Below are positions 44,702-54,347 of a stretch of DNA of 64,000 bases, in pieces. The DNA is from Verrucomicrobiota bacterium. GTDB lineage: Bacteria > Verrucomicrobiota > Verrucomicrobiia > Limisphaerales > UBA8199. A model generated the notes under the pieces. That model made no database searches. It saw nothing but the letters and a program-made list of their open reading frames with translations, and was not told the origin of the DNA. The first letter of the stretch is position 1, and every line of letters begins with the position of its first letter. A program made the position numbers and the translations under genes. The stretch lies in contig JAAYVL010000122.1 in the NCBI GenBank assembly GCA_012517205.1, forward strand, positions 10,729 to 74,728, in the 5' to 3' direction.

Positions 44702-47629
44702 TTAACTCAGTCCCCCCAATCCGCTGCAGGTACAGATCAGGTTGCGGTCGCCGTGGACATTATCTATGCGGCCGACGGCGGGCCAGAACTTGTGGCCATA
44801 CAGCCACTTGGCGGGGAAAGCGGCTTGCTGGCGGGAGTAGGAATGATCCCATGATTCCACCGCGAGCTGATCGGCAGTGTGAGGGGCGTTCTTTAGCGGA
44901 TTGTTATGTTTGTCGGACTGGCCGGATTGGATGGCGGTGATTTCGGCGTGAATATGGATCAGGGCGTCGCAGAAACGATCGAGCTCTTCCTTGGACTCGC
45001 TTTCAGTGGGTTCGACCATCATTGTGCCGGGCACGGGCCAGGAGATCGTCGGGGCGTGGAACCCGTAATCCATTAGCCGCTTGGCGACATCCTCGACGGT
45101 GACGTCCTTGAACTGGCGCAGGTCAAGGATGCATTCATGGGCGACGAGGCTGGCGGGGCCGCGATAGAGAATGGGGAAGTAGTTTTGCAGGCGCCGGGCG
45201 ATATAATTGGCGTTAAGGATGGCGTATTGGGTCGCCTCGGTCAGCCCGGCCCCACCCATCGCGGCAATATAGACCCACGGGATTACGAGGACGCTGGCGC
45301 TGCCCCAGGGCGCGGCAGCTACGGCGCCGATCGGGTTTTCGCCGCCGAGATTGACGACCCCGTGCCCCGGCAGGAACTCCACTAAATGCTCAGCCACCCC
45401 GATGGGCCCCATGCCCGGACCGCCGCCGCCATGAGGAATGGCGAAGGTTTTATGCAGATTCAAGTGGCAAACGTCGGCCCCGATATCGCCGGGGCGGCAA
45501 AGGCCAACCTGGGCGTTGAGGTTGGCCCCGTCCATATAGACCTGGCCGCCATGGGCGTGGATGATTTCGCAGATCTCTCGGATGGCGGGCTCAAATACGC
45601 CATGCGTCGAGGGATAGGTCACCATTACCGCTGCCAGGTTGGCCTGGTGCGCTTCGGCTTTGGCCCGCAGGTCGGCGAGGTCAATGTTGCCTTCGTGGTC
45701 GCAAGCCACCGCTACGACCTTTAGCCCGGCCATGACGGCACTGGCGGGGTTGGTGCCGTGGGCTGATGTCGGAATGAGGCAGATGTTGCGGTGACCTTCA
45801 CCGCGGCTGGCATGCCAGGCGCGGATGACAAGCAAGCCGGTATATTCACCTTGCGACCCTGCATTGGGCTGCAAGGAAATCCCGGCAAAGCCGGTGATCG
45901 CGCCCAGCCATTCCTCCAATTGTTGGAACAGCACTTGCCAGCCTCGGGTTTGGCGCAACGGTGCAAATGGGTGCAGGCGCGTCAGCTCGGGCCAGGTAAG
46001 CGGCAACATCTCGACGGCGGCATTCAGCTTCATGGTGCAGGAGCCGAGCGGAATCATGGAAGTCGTCAGTGAAAGGTCGCGCGCTTCCAGTCGCTTGAGG
46101 TAGCGCATCATTTCGGTTTCCGAGTGATAGCGGTTGAAGACCGGATGGGTCAGATAGGAAGACGTGCGCGCAAAAGGGACAGGATAGGCAACTTCGGCTT
46201 CCGCGACCAGGTTCGTCAGTTCGAAAGCGGGGGTCTGGCCGTCATGAAAAACCCGGATAATCCCAGCCAGGTCCTGCTCGGTGGTTGTCTCATCCAGCGA
46301 GATGCCGAGGGTATGCTCATCTATAAACCGGAAGTTCATGCCCTGGCTTTCAGCGGCTTTGAGCAGGTCGGCTGCCTTCTTTTGGCCGAGCGCAATGCGG
46401 AGAGTGTCGAAGAATAAACCCGGGCCGACCTCGTAGCCAAGCCGCTCCAGGCTGCGCGCCAGAACAACCGTGCGCTGATGGATGCGCTGTGCAATTTGCC
46501 GCAATCCAGCCGGCCCATGATAACAGGCATACATGGCGGCCATGCAGGCCGGCAGTGCCTGCGCGGTGCAAATATTGCTGGTGGCCTTCTCGCGCCGGAT
46601 GTGCTGCTCGCGGGTTTGCAGGGCGAGGCGCAGGGCGGGACGGCCTCGTGCGTCCTTCGAGACGCCGACAATACGCCCCGGCAGGAGGCGTTTGAAAGCG
46701 TCGCGCGTCGCAAAGTAAGCCGCATGCGGCCCGCCATAGCCAAGTGGCACGCCCAGTCGCTGCGTGCTGCCCAAGGCTATATCGGCCCCGAATTCGCCCG
46801 GCGGCCGGAGCAGGGTTAGGCTCAGCAGGTCGGCGGCCACGGCGACCAGCGCTCCCGCGGCATGAGCCTGTTCGATAAAAGTGGAGTAATCTACAACCTC
46901 ACCCCAGGTATTCGGATACTGCACCAGAGCACCAAAGACCTGGTCATGGAATTGAAACGCACGGTGATCTCCAGTTTCAACCCGGAGAGCCAGGGCGTCA
47001 GCGCGGGTCTTTACCACCTCAATGGTTTGAGGATGGCACTCTGCGGAGACAAAGAAGACGCTCCGCGCCGGCTTGAGCGAGTGGCACAGGGTCATGGCTT
47101 CCGCAGCGGCGGTGGCCTCATCGAGCAGCGAAGCATTGGCCACTTCCAACCCGGTGAGGTCGGTTACCATCGTTTGGAAGTTGAGCAAAGCCTCAAGGCG
47201 TCCCTGTGCGATTTCAGCTTGGTAGGGGGTGTACGGCGTGTACCAGCCAGGGTTCTCCAACAGGTTGCGTTGAATAACGGCGGGCACGTGGCAATCGTAG
47301 TAGCCCATGCCAATATACGAACGGAAGATCTGGTTCTGCGCGGCGATTTTCTTTAAAGCCGCGAGCACGTCAGGCTCGCTGCGGGCGGGCGGGAGTTGAA
47401 GCGGTTGCCGCAGACGTATGGCCGGAGGCACTGCGTCGTCAATCAGTGCCGCGAGACTCGTATAGCCCAGCAGGCGGAGCATTTCTTCGGCCTCGCTCGC
47501 GCGCGGGCCAATGTGGCGGTGCCAAAACCGATCTGCCGGCGGAGGCAGATGGGCATTTACAGGGCCCGCGGTCACGCTGGCCGGGGACGAATTGTTCCGA
47601 TCACAGCTTGCAGGTTCGATAACAGACAT
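44702..47629 (-). CDS. gcvP: Glycine dehydrogenase (decarboxylating), single-chain P protein
   Basis: The 975-aa ORF carries conserved P-protein segments ([44 protein letters not shown]-like [24 protein letters not shown]). Confidence 0.9.
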   Translation of the reverse strand: MSVIEPASCDRNNSSPASVTAGPVNAHLPPPADRFWHRHIGPRASEAEEMLRLLGYTSLAALIDDAVPPAIRLRQPLQLPPARSEPDVLAALKKIAAQNQIFRSYIGMGYYDCHVPAVIQRNLLENPGWYTPYTPYQAEIAQGRLEALLNFQTMVTDLTGLEVANASLLDEATAAAEAMTLCHSLKPARSVFFVSAECHPQTIEVVKTRADALALRVETGDHRAFQFHDQVFGALVQYPNTWGEVVDYSTFIEQAHAAGALVAVAADLLSLTLLRPPGEFGADIALGSTQRLGVPLGYGGPHAAYFATRDAFKRLLPGRIVGVSKDARGRPALRLALQTREQHIRREKATSNICTAQALPACMAAMYACYHGPAGLRQIAQRIHQRTVVLARSLERLGYEVGPGLFFDTLRIALGQKKAADLLKAAESQGMNFRFIDEHTLGISLDETTTEQDLAGIIRVFHDGQTPAFELTNLVAEAEVAYPVPFARTSSYLTHPVFNRYHSETEMMRYLKRLEARDLSLTTSMIPLGSCTMKLNAAVEMLPLTWPELTRLHPFAPLRQTRGWQVLFQQLEEWLGAITGFAGISLQPNAGSQGEYTGLLVIRAWHASRGEGHRNICLIPTSAHGTNPASAVMAGLKVVAVACDHEGNIDLADLRAKAEAHQANLAAVMVTYPSTHGVFEPAIREICEIIHAHGGQVYMDGANLNAQVGLCRPGDIGADVCHLNLHKTFAIPHGGGGPGMGPIGVAEHLVEFLPGHGVVNLGGENPIGAVAAAPWGSASVLVIPWVYIAAMGGAGLTEATQYAILNANYIARRLQNYFPILYRGPASLVAHECILDLRQFKDVTVEDVAKRLMDYGFHAPTISWPVPGTMMVEPTESESKEELDRFCDALIHIHAEITAIQSGQSDKHNNPLKNAPHTADQLAVESWDHSYSRQQAAFPAKWLYGHKFWPAVGRIDNVHGDRNLICTCSGLGGLS

Positions 47630-47745
47630 TCGGGGAACCTACGGAGAGCTGTCCGCAAATCAAGCGAGATTTGGTCCCGGCTGATTTGGCGTGTCCGTTT
47701 TATCGTTGGCGCTTCTATTTGGATGAGGTAGGCTGAGGCGGTAGA

Positions 47746-48174
47746 ATGAAATCACGAACAAAAACAACACAGATGCAAACCCGGCGCATAACCAAACAGC
47801 TCGCTATTTTCCTGGATAACCGGCCGGGCATGCTGGCGCGTGTGGCGGATGCACTGGCGGATGCCAAAATCAATATTTACGCCATCACCACCAGTGATAC
47901 GGTGGACCACACGGTCATTCGCTTAGTGGTGGACGATTATCGGCGGGCACTACACGTCTGCGAAGAACGCGGCTCTCTGGTCGTCGAGGATGATGTGCTA
48001 ATGGTGGAGGGCGACAATAAGCCGGGAGAAATGGCTCGCTTGGCCCGTAAGCTGGCAAAGGCTGGGATTAACATCGAATATTGCTACAGCGCCACGCTGC
48101 CGGGCGCCGGGAAGGGGTTGCTCATCTTGCGCGTTTCCAACCCGACCAAAGCGCTGAAAGTGCTGAAACTTTAA
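47746..48174 (+). CDS. Tandem ACT-domain protein (small-molecule-binding regulatory protein)
   Basis: Two ACT-like units (LAIFLDNRPGMLARVADALADAKINIYAITT; VLMVEGDNKPGEMARLARKLAKAGINIEYCYS). It is divergent from gcvP. Confidence 0.6.
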   Translation: MKSRTKTTQMQTRRITKQLAIFLDNRPGMLARVADALADAKINIYAITTSDTVDHTVIRLVVDDYRRALHVCEERGSLVVEDDVLMVEGDNKPGEMARLARKLAKAGINIEYCYSATLPGAGKGLLILRVSNPTKALKVLKL

Positions 48175-48220
48175 GCAATCGCAGGCGCATGGTACCGACT
48201 CGTTCGGGCTGAGGGAGGGC

Positions 48221-49729
48221 GTGCAGATGTCCGATCCCCTTCTTTATGAGATTAATACGCGCTGTTGGCTGCACAGGCTTTCCGATCGGTACAGCGCACC
48301 GATTACCCTTGCCAATATTCCCGCAGATGAACTGGCGCGGTGGCGAAAGCTAGGCTTTACGCATATCTGGTTGATGGGGGTTTGGGCGGCCGGTCCACTC
48401 GCACGCGCGAAAGCCTTGCAATATTCTGATTTGCGCCGGGCCTATGACCAGTCCCTGCCAGGCTGGCGCGAGACGGATGTTGCCGGTTCACCTTACGCGA
48501 TTGGCGATTACCAGGTCCCACCCGCGCTGGGTGGCGAGGCGGGGCTCGCGGCATTTCGGCGGCAACTTCATGCGCAGGGCATGAAATTGGTGCTGGATTT
48601 CGTGCCCAACCATCTTGGGTTGGACCATGCCTGGGTCCGGGAGCAGCCGGAGTTGTTTGTGCAAAGCACCGGGGAGGCGGCTGGCACGTTCGCGCAGCAG
48701 TCTGGCGGGCAGATTCGCTGGCTGGCCTATGGCAAGGATCCTTATTTCCCGCCTTGGACGGATACTGTTCAACTGGACTATCGGCGCGATACGACACGCG
48801 GTGCGATGACGGAACTGCTCGCCTCCATCGCCCGGCACTGCGACGGTGTTCGCTGCGATATGGCGATGTTGGTGCTCAACGGGGTTTTCGCCAAAACCTG
48901 GAAACATTTTCCCGTCACAACTTCCCCCCCCGTTGAGGAGTTTTGGACGACGGCCATTGCCAGGATCCGCCAGGCGCATCCGGACTTCCTGTTTCTGGCC
49001 GAGGCTTACTGGGGCTTGGAGCCGGAATTGCGCCGGCTTGGTTTTGATTATACCTATGACAAGACGCTCTATGACCATCTAATAGCCCATGATGCCACAG
49101 ACGTGCAGCGGCATTTACTGGGACTGGCAGCGGGGCAGCTTGCTGCCGGTGCGCACTTTCTTGAAAACCACGACGAGCCGCGTGTTGCCGCCCTGCTGTC
49201 GCTGGCCGAACATCGGGCGGCGGCACTGTGTATTCTGGGATTGCCCGGAATGCGATTTCTGCACGATGGCCAGCTTGAGGGGGCACGCATTAAGATACCC
49301 GTCCAATTAGCGCGCGTAGCCCCTGAAGCCGGGCAGTCTGAAATCCAGGCCCTCTATCAGCAACTGCTAGGCACACTACCCGGCACGGCGGTTGGGCGGG
49401 GCCGGGCCGTTTTGTGCCAACCGCGAGCCGCCTGGTCAGGCAATCCGACCGCTGCCAATTTAATCATCGTGCAATGGCAGCAACAGACACCAGAGTTTGA
49501 TTTGGTGGTCGTGAACCTGGCTCCTCATCGTAGCCAGTGCTATGTACCGTTGTCCGTTCCGCAACTGGCCGCGCGTTCCTGGGTCATGAAAGACCTCCTG
49601 GGGTCGGAGTGCTACCAACGTGCCGGTGACGATCTTCAGACCCAAGGCCTCTACCTTGATCTCCCGCCCCACGGCGCTCAGTTGTTCCATTTTCAACCAG
49701 GGGAATTGGTCAAGGGCGCACGGTTATAA
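48221..49729 (+). CDS. GH13 alpha-amylase-family glycoside hydrolase
   Basis: GH13 conserved regions LVLDFVPNH, DGVRCDMAM, FLAEAYW and FLENHDE. The start is GTG at 48221 or ATG at 48227. Confidence 0.7.
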   Translation: MQMSDPLLYEINTRCWLHRLSDRYSAPITLANIPADELARWRKLGFTHIWLMGVWAAGPLARAKALQYSDLRRAYDQSLPGWRETDVAGSPYAIGDYQVPPALGGEAGLAAFRRQLHAQGMKLVLDFVPNHLGLDHAWVREQPELFVQSTGEAAGTFAQQSGGQIRWLAYGKDPYFPPWTDTVQLDYRRDTTRGAMTELLASIARHCDGVRCDMAMLVLNGVFAKTWKHFPVTTSPPVEEFWTTAIARIRQAHPDFLFLAEAYWGLEPELRRLGFDYTYDKTLYDHLIAHDATDVQRHLLGLAAGQLAAGAHFLENHDEPRVAALLSLAEHRAAALCILGLPGMRFLHDGQLEGARIKIPVQLARVAPEAGQSEIQALYQQLLGTLPGTAVGRGRAVLCQPRAAWSGNPTAANLIIVQWQQQTPEFDLVVVNLAPHRSQCYVPLSVPQLAARSWVMKDLLGSECYQRAGDDLQTQGLYLDLPPHGAQLFHFQPGELVKGARL

Positions 49730-49800
49730 AGCGCACCGGGCTTGAATGGCACCCGCCCAGAGCAGGCCAGTTCGCCAGCCAACAAAGTCTGTCTTTGCGC

Positions 49801-51459
49801 CTACGGGGTTTTGCTTTGCGACTGGAACAGGCTGGGGGCGCTGGCCTCGCCATTGCGATTAACTGCGGAAACCGCCACTACCTCCGGAGTTGTGCCGCTC
49901 CAAGTATGTGAGCTTTGGCCGCCGGGGAGGATCTGCGTTGACCAGGTGCCGCCCGAGCGTGTTTGCACCAGCCAGAGCCATGCCTTGCCTGGCCCCGCCA
50001 GGGCCCAGGAAAGGGTGAGCGATCCCGCGCGTTGCGGGGAGGCGAGGGTAAGTTGCGGTTTGGCGGGGGTAGCCCGTCCCAGCCAGGGCGAAAGCGGCAT
50101 CAACGCCGGTTGCTGGTAGGTTTCACGGACAAGAGCCTCGCCGAGAGCGTTGTTGCGCATAAGGCTCTTCATATTCCAATGGATATGGCCGCCGACGCCG
50201 GCCTGCTTGCGGGTCAGGCGAATTTGGCTGACAATTTCCTGGGGCGACCAACCGCTGCTGGACGGTGATGGCCCGCTTACTTTGGTGGAATTCATCCCGG
50301 GGCAAAGCGTTCGCCCCTTGGGATTCTGTTCCGCCCACCATTGGAGCAAGACAGGGAAACTTTGCGCCGGCGGTTCGATTGCCCAATAAAGTTGCGGCGC
50401 GAAGTAATCCGCCCAGCCATTGATCAGCCACTTGCGCGAATCGGCGTAAAGGGTCGCGTAGGCATCGAGGCCTTTGATCTGGGCCGGTGAGTTGGGGCGC
50501 CAGATGCCGAAGGGACTGATGCCAAACTTGACCCAGGGCTTTGTTGTTTTAATGGATTTATACACCTGCTGGATAAAGTTGTTGACGTTTTCGCGGCGCC
50601 AGTCGCCACGGCTCATCTTTCCGGCGACACCCGAACGTTGCCAACTCGCGTTGTCCGGGAAGTCCAGTTCCTTTCCCGCCCGGTCTCTCGCTTTATAGGG
50701 ATAGAAGTAGTCGTCGAAGTGGATACCGTCCACGTCGTAGCGCTTTACCACATCCATCACCACGCTCAGCGAATAGTCCTGCACCGCTTTTTCGCCCGGG
50801 TCCAGCCACAGGAACTCCCCGTATTCCCGGACAAGCTGCGGGCGAGTCTTGCTGACATGGTTCGCCGCAACCGGCGACGCAGCGGAGCGGAGTCGCGCCC
50901 GATAAGGATTGAACCAGGCGTGCAGTTCCAAGCCACGCTTATGCGCCTCTTCGATGGCAAAAGCGAGTGGATCGTAGAACGGTTCCGGTGCCTTGCCCAT
51001 GGTGCCCGTCAGGTATTCCGACCACGGCTCGATTCGGGAGGCATAGAGCGCGTCGCAGGCGGGGCGGACCTGAAAGATGATGGCATTTAGCTTGAGATGC
51101 ACAGCCCGGTCCAGGATCGCCAGGAGCTCGGTTTTCTGTTCCTGCGTGCTTAAGGTTTTGCGGGAAGGCCAGTCTATGTTAGCTACGGTGGCTACCCAGG
51201 CTCCGCGGAATTCCCGCAAGGGAGGCGGGGGAGTATCGTTGGCAGCAGCATGGCTTGTCGGTTGCGATGCGGAAAGCACCCCCATGAGCGTTAGGACAAC
51301 CCACCCGCGACGTGTCCCGTGTCTCGGGAAGTGAGAATGCCAGCTATTCGCAGACCAGCCAGGCGGCAAAGAATGGGATGCCCTGCCCGATATTTTGGCG
51401 GGGCGCAAGAGCTTGGCCCACAGCAAGGAGAAACGATTGAAGATCAGCTCGTCTATCAT
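49801..51459 (-). CDS. Glycoside-hydrolase-like GHL10 / YddW (UPF0748) family protein
   Basis: EFRGAWVATVANIDWP, LNAIIFQVRP, ELHAWFNPY, DGIHFDDYFYP. The start is uncertain. ATG 51459 is used here. ATG 51285 would truncate a signal-like TRRGWVVLTLMGVLSA segment, and the track start 51609 runs into the divergent promoter region. Confidence 0.55.
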   Translation of the reverse strand: MIDELIFNRFSLLWAKLLRPAKISGRASHSLPPGWSANSWHSHFPRHGTRRGWVVLTLMGVLSASQPTSHAAANDTPPPPLREFRGAWVATVANIDWPSRKTLSTQEQKTELLAILDRAVHLKLNAIIFQVRPACDALYASRIEPWSEYLTGTMGKAPEPFYDPLAFAIEEAHKRGLELHAWFNPYRARLRSAASPVAANHVSKTRPQLVREYGEFLWLDPGEKAVQDYSLSVVMDVVKRYDVDGIHFDDYFYPYKARDRAGKELDFPDNASWQRSGVAGKMSRGDWRRENVNNFIQQVYKSIKTTKPWVKFGISPFGIWRPNSPAQIKGLDAYATLYADSRKWLINGWADYFAPQLYWAIEPPAQSFPVLLQWWAEQNPKGRTLCPGMNSTKVSGPSPSSSGWSPQEIVSQIRLTRKQAGVGGHIHWNMKSLMRNNALGEALVRETYQQPALMPLSPWLGRATPAKPQLTLASPQRAGSLTLSWALAGPGKAWLWLVQTRSGGTWSTQILPGGQSSHTWSGTTPEVVAVSAVNRNGEASAPSLFQSQSKTP

Positions 51460-51522
51460 GGGAAGCCACGTTATCAGCCAAAAACGAAAAAAGCCAGCTT
51501 CTAAAAAAAATAGTCTCAATGC

Positions 51523-51552
51523 TTGACAAGTTTGGCCAAGTATGAATAATAT
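51523..51552 (+). promoter_or_regulatory. Candidate sigma70-type promoter (TTGACA - 18 nt - TAATAT) with upstream A8 tract
   Basis: TTGACA at 51523-51528, TAATAT at 51547-51552, and an A8 run at 51503-51510, all in an AT-rich gap 12 nt upstream of the 51564 start. Sequence match only. Confidence 0.3.
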
Positions 51553-51563
51553 GCCCGTAATAA

Positions 51564-52268
51564 ATGAGATTGCGGTCGTTGTTAGGTTGTTTTGTCCTGT
51601 TACTCGCACTAACCGTGCGAGCGGGCATTATTTACAGCCCAGCCAATAACGTTAATCTGACCGTTAATGATGGTGACCCCATCGGCCATACCTTAACCGC
51701 CACTGTTAGCGGGTATTTGCCCACCATCATAGACGTTCGCGTGACGCTCAACATTGAGGGAGTGGACGGCGGCGGGTGGAATGGCGACTTGTATTGCTTT
51801 TTAACCTACAATGGCACGCTCGTGCCGCTGCTGAATCGGGTCGGCGTTCAAACTGGCGATGCCTTTGGTTATGGAACGATAGGAATGAACGTCACTCTGG
51901 CCGGCGATCCGGGAGGCTACGACGATATTCACTGGACAGAGTTTCCCACTTCAGGCGGCACGTATGCGCCAGACGGACGGGAAATTAGCCCCGGCATGCC
52001 TCCGTCGTCTGCACCGGATTTTGATGCGGATGGCACGATCGGATTCTCTGCATATAACGGAATGGATCCGAACGGGACATGGACGCTTTTTATTGCCGAC
52101 ATGGCAGGGGGCGATCAGCTTAAATTAGTCAGTTGGAGCCTGCAGATTACTGCGGTGCCAGAACCGGTGAACGTGGCATTGGGTGTGTTTGGTTCCGTAT
52201 TTTTGGTGGTTGCCGTCGGGCGGCACCAGCGCGTGCGGAAGCTTGTCTCCCAAGCCTTGGGACGTTAA
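51564..52268 (+). CDS. PEP-CTERM-anchored secreted protein with proprotein-convertase P-domain-like region
   Basis: Signal peptide MRLRSLLGCFVLLLALTVRA, a P-domain-like core (GGWNGDLYCFL...DPNGTWTLFIADMAGGDQLKLVSWSLQI), and a C-terminal VPEP motif with helix and basic tail (VPEPVNVALGVFGSVFLVVAVGRHQRVRK). Confidence 0.65.
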   Translation: MRLRSLLGCFVLLLALTVRAGIIYSPANNVNLTVNDGDPIGHTLTATVSGYLPTIIDVRVTLNIEGVDGGGWNGDLYCFLTYNGTLVPLLNRVGVQTGDAFGYGTIGMNVTLAGDPGGYDDIHWTEFPTSGGTYAPDGREISPGMPPSSAPDFDADGTIGFSAYNGMDPNGTWTLFIADMAGGDQLKLVSWSLQITAVPEPVNVALGVFGSVFLVVAVGRHQRVRKLVSQALGR

Positions 52269-52429
52269 AGCGGGTAAGCACGCTGCAAGGTTTCTCAAGT
52301 TAAAGGTGGCAGTGGGGATTGTGTCCTCGGGTACTAAAAGACTTCCTAACGGCGTGAAACGCCCAAAAGCCCTTTTGCAGGAAGTCCTTTTCTGCACCTT
52401 AGCCGGAGCGATTTAGCAGGGAGGGACTT

Positions 52430-53305
52430 TCAGGCGGTTACGATGGTGCCGATGCCTTCATCGGTGAATATTTCCAGCAGAACGCTGTGGGGCACGCGGC
52501 CATCCACGAAGGAGACTTTTTCGACGCCGGCCCGAATGGCGGCCACCGCGCTATCCACCTTGGGAATCATTCCCTTGTCAACGATGCCGTTTTGTTTTAG
52601 CGCCTCGACCTCGCTGATTTTGAGGCGCGGGATGACGCTGTCAGGGCTTTTGGGGTTATGCAACAGGCCGGGCACATCGCTCATGAAGACCAGGCGCCGG
52701 GCGTTGAGGGCGATGGCGGCCTGGGCGGCGGCAACGTCGGCATTGCAGTTATAGACTTTGTCGTCTTCGCCGCGGGCGGTAGGACTGATGACGGGAGTGA
52801 TGCCCTGGCGGAGGCAATCCAGCAGTGGCGCGGTGTTGACGCGGATGACTTCACCCACGTAGCCGAGGTCGAGAGGCTGGCCGTCCGCGCCTTTCACCTG
52901 GGCCTTGCGGCAGTGAAAGATGTCCGGGCCGGCGAAGCTGCGGGCCAGGCCGCCCAGAGCGTTAATGGCGGCCACCACCTCGGGGTTGATTTCCCGGGAG
53001 AGCACCTGGTCGGCAATTTGCGCCGTGGCCTCGCTGGTCACGCGCTGTCCCTGAAGGAAGGTTGCCTGGAGGCCGGCTTTTTCCATGGCGCGCGTGATGG
53101 CCTTGCCGCCACCGTGGACGACAACGGGATTGATTTCGACCGCTTCCAGGAACACGATATCCCGCGCGACACGGTGGCGCACTTCCGCGTCGGGCGAATC
53201 CATGAAGCTGCCGCCGTATTTGATGACGAAAGTGGCGCCGCTGAAGCGCTGGATGTAGGGCAGGGCTTCCAGCAGCGTGTGGGCTTTGGCAACAAGGTTT
53301 TGCAT
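52430..53305 (-). CDS. argB: Acetylglutamate kinase
   Basis: LEALPYIQRFSGATFVIKYGGS, VVVHGGG, YVGEV, NCNADVAA, VLLEIFTDEGIGT. Confidence 0.9.
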   Translation of the reverse strand: MQNLVAKAHTLLEALPYIQRFSGATFVIKYGGSFMDSPDAEVRHRVARDIVFLEAVEINPVVVHGGGKAITRAMEKAGLQATFLQGQRVTSEATAQIADQVLSREINPEVVAAINALGGLARSFAGPDIFHCRKAQVKGADGQPLDLGYVGEVIRVNTAPLLDCLRQGITPVISPTARGEDDKVYNCNADVAAAQAAIALNARRLVFMSDVPGLLHNPKSPDSVIPRLKISEVEALKQNGIVDKGMIPKVDSAVAAIRAGVEKVSFVDGRVPHSVLLEIFTDEGIGTIVTA

Positions 53306-53320
53306 GTGAATGCGAGGGGC

Positions 53321-54241
53321 TTAGTGGATTTGTCGCAGGTAGGCGGCGTAGAGGTGTTCGAGATCTTTCTTTTCCAAGCCGGTTCGGATCACTAACCGCG
53401 CCCGGGTCCGGGCGGTTTGGCCGGGACGCAGGTCCTGGCCGAAGAGGGAGAGGTACATTGAGCGATGACCCTCGGTTTCAAAGGGCGTGAGCACCGCAAA
53501 GCAATCCCGCGGGGGCGCCATGATGATGGCTTGCAGGCCGGTCGGGGGGCTGCTGCGGAGGCCCAGCGGGCGAGCCAGATGCGGGCGGATAGCCCAGTCA
53601 ACCGGGCTGGGCGGAAACTTCCAGCGCCCGTCCTGGATGATGGACGCGGCTTTGTTATCGCGCGGGAAAGCCTGCCAGACGCCGGCGCCGCGGCCGGCCG
53701 GCGTAAACACTTTTTGCCCATGAATGCGCGTCAGCACGCAGGCGTTGGTGAAGGTTTCGGTAAAGTAGGATGCCAGGAAGGACTCGAACCGCGGGAGGCG
53801 GGTTTTAGCCAGCACCCGGGTTTCAAGGTCGAGGGTGTCCGGCGTGGTCCAGCGATAGACGGCGCTGAGTTCAAAGGGCCGTTCCGCAGTGGAAGGCCAG
53901 CGGACTTCCACGCTTCCGTCCGCGCACAGCGTTGCCTCGCTGGGCCAGTCCCAAGCCGCAGAGCCGTGGCGCCGGTTGGTGCTGAAGACGCGGTAATGGC
54001 CAAACAGCCCCATGCTATGGTCCAGGCGCGTGCCGGTCGGCAGGTGCACGATTTCGGATAGCCCGATGGATTTGCCCCCGGCGCGTAACTGGCCCTGCAA
54101 TACGCCAGTGTTGAAGGTGTATCCATTAGTGCCGTCGGGAAGGAAGGCGAGGCGCGGCCGGGCCGAAGGCTGGGGGGGGGCCTGAGCGAAGGCATAAGCC
54201 GACACGCCGAGGAAGAGAACCCTGGCAAGATACCGCATCAT
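53321..54241 (-). CDS. Secreted hypothetical protein
   Basis: The start at MMRYLARVLFLGVSAYAFAQA gives a clean signal peptide, whereas the track start 54388 would overlap the adenine deaminase gene. No family recognised. Confidence 0.5.
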   Translation of the reverse strand: MMRYLARVLFLGVSAYAFAQAPPQPSARPRLAFLPDGTNGYTFNTGVLQGQLRAGGKSIGLSEIVHLPTGTRLDHSMGLFGHYRVFSTNRRHGSAAWDWPSEATLCADGSVEVRWPSTAERPFELSAVYRWTTPDTLDLETRVLAKTRLPRFESFLASYFTETFTNACVLTRIHGQKVFTPAGRGAGVWQAFPRDNKAASIIQDGRWKFPPSPVDWAIRPHLARPLGLRSSPPTGLQAIIMAPPRDCFAVLTPFETEGHRSMYLSLFGQDLRPGQTARTRARLVIRTGLEKKDLEHLYAAYLRQIH

Positions 54242-54347
54242 GCTAGCGTGGCAAAAGGGTTTCATTTTCACCAAACATGCAGTGACTGTGTCAGGGAGGA
54301 AAGAGAGGCTCAAGACAGTTTTGGGAGACATTGTGAGAAGAGCGAAG

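Noticed and set aside
47630-47745. Possible glycine riboswitch in the gcvP leader
   Set aside because: The 116-nt leader contains one GGAGAG-like string, but on the wrong strand for gcvP. It lacks the conserved CACCGAAGGGGCAA-type core and the tandem aptamer architecture.
54172-54180. G9 (C9 on the coding strand) homopolymer just after the signal peptide of the 53321-54241 gene, considered as a phase-variation tract
   Set aside because: Comparable C8 runs encoding Pro-Pro occur inside ordinary genes in this window (for example 48924-48931 in the GH13 gene and 34539-34546 in the GltD-like gene). The tract is therefore explained by CCC proline codons in a G+C-rich genome.
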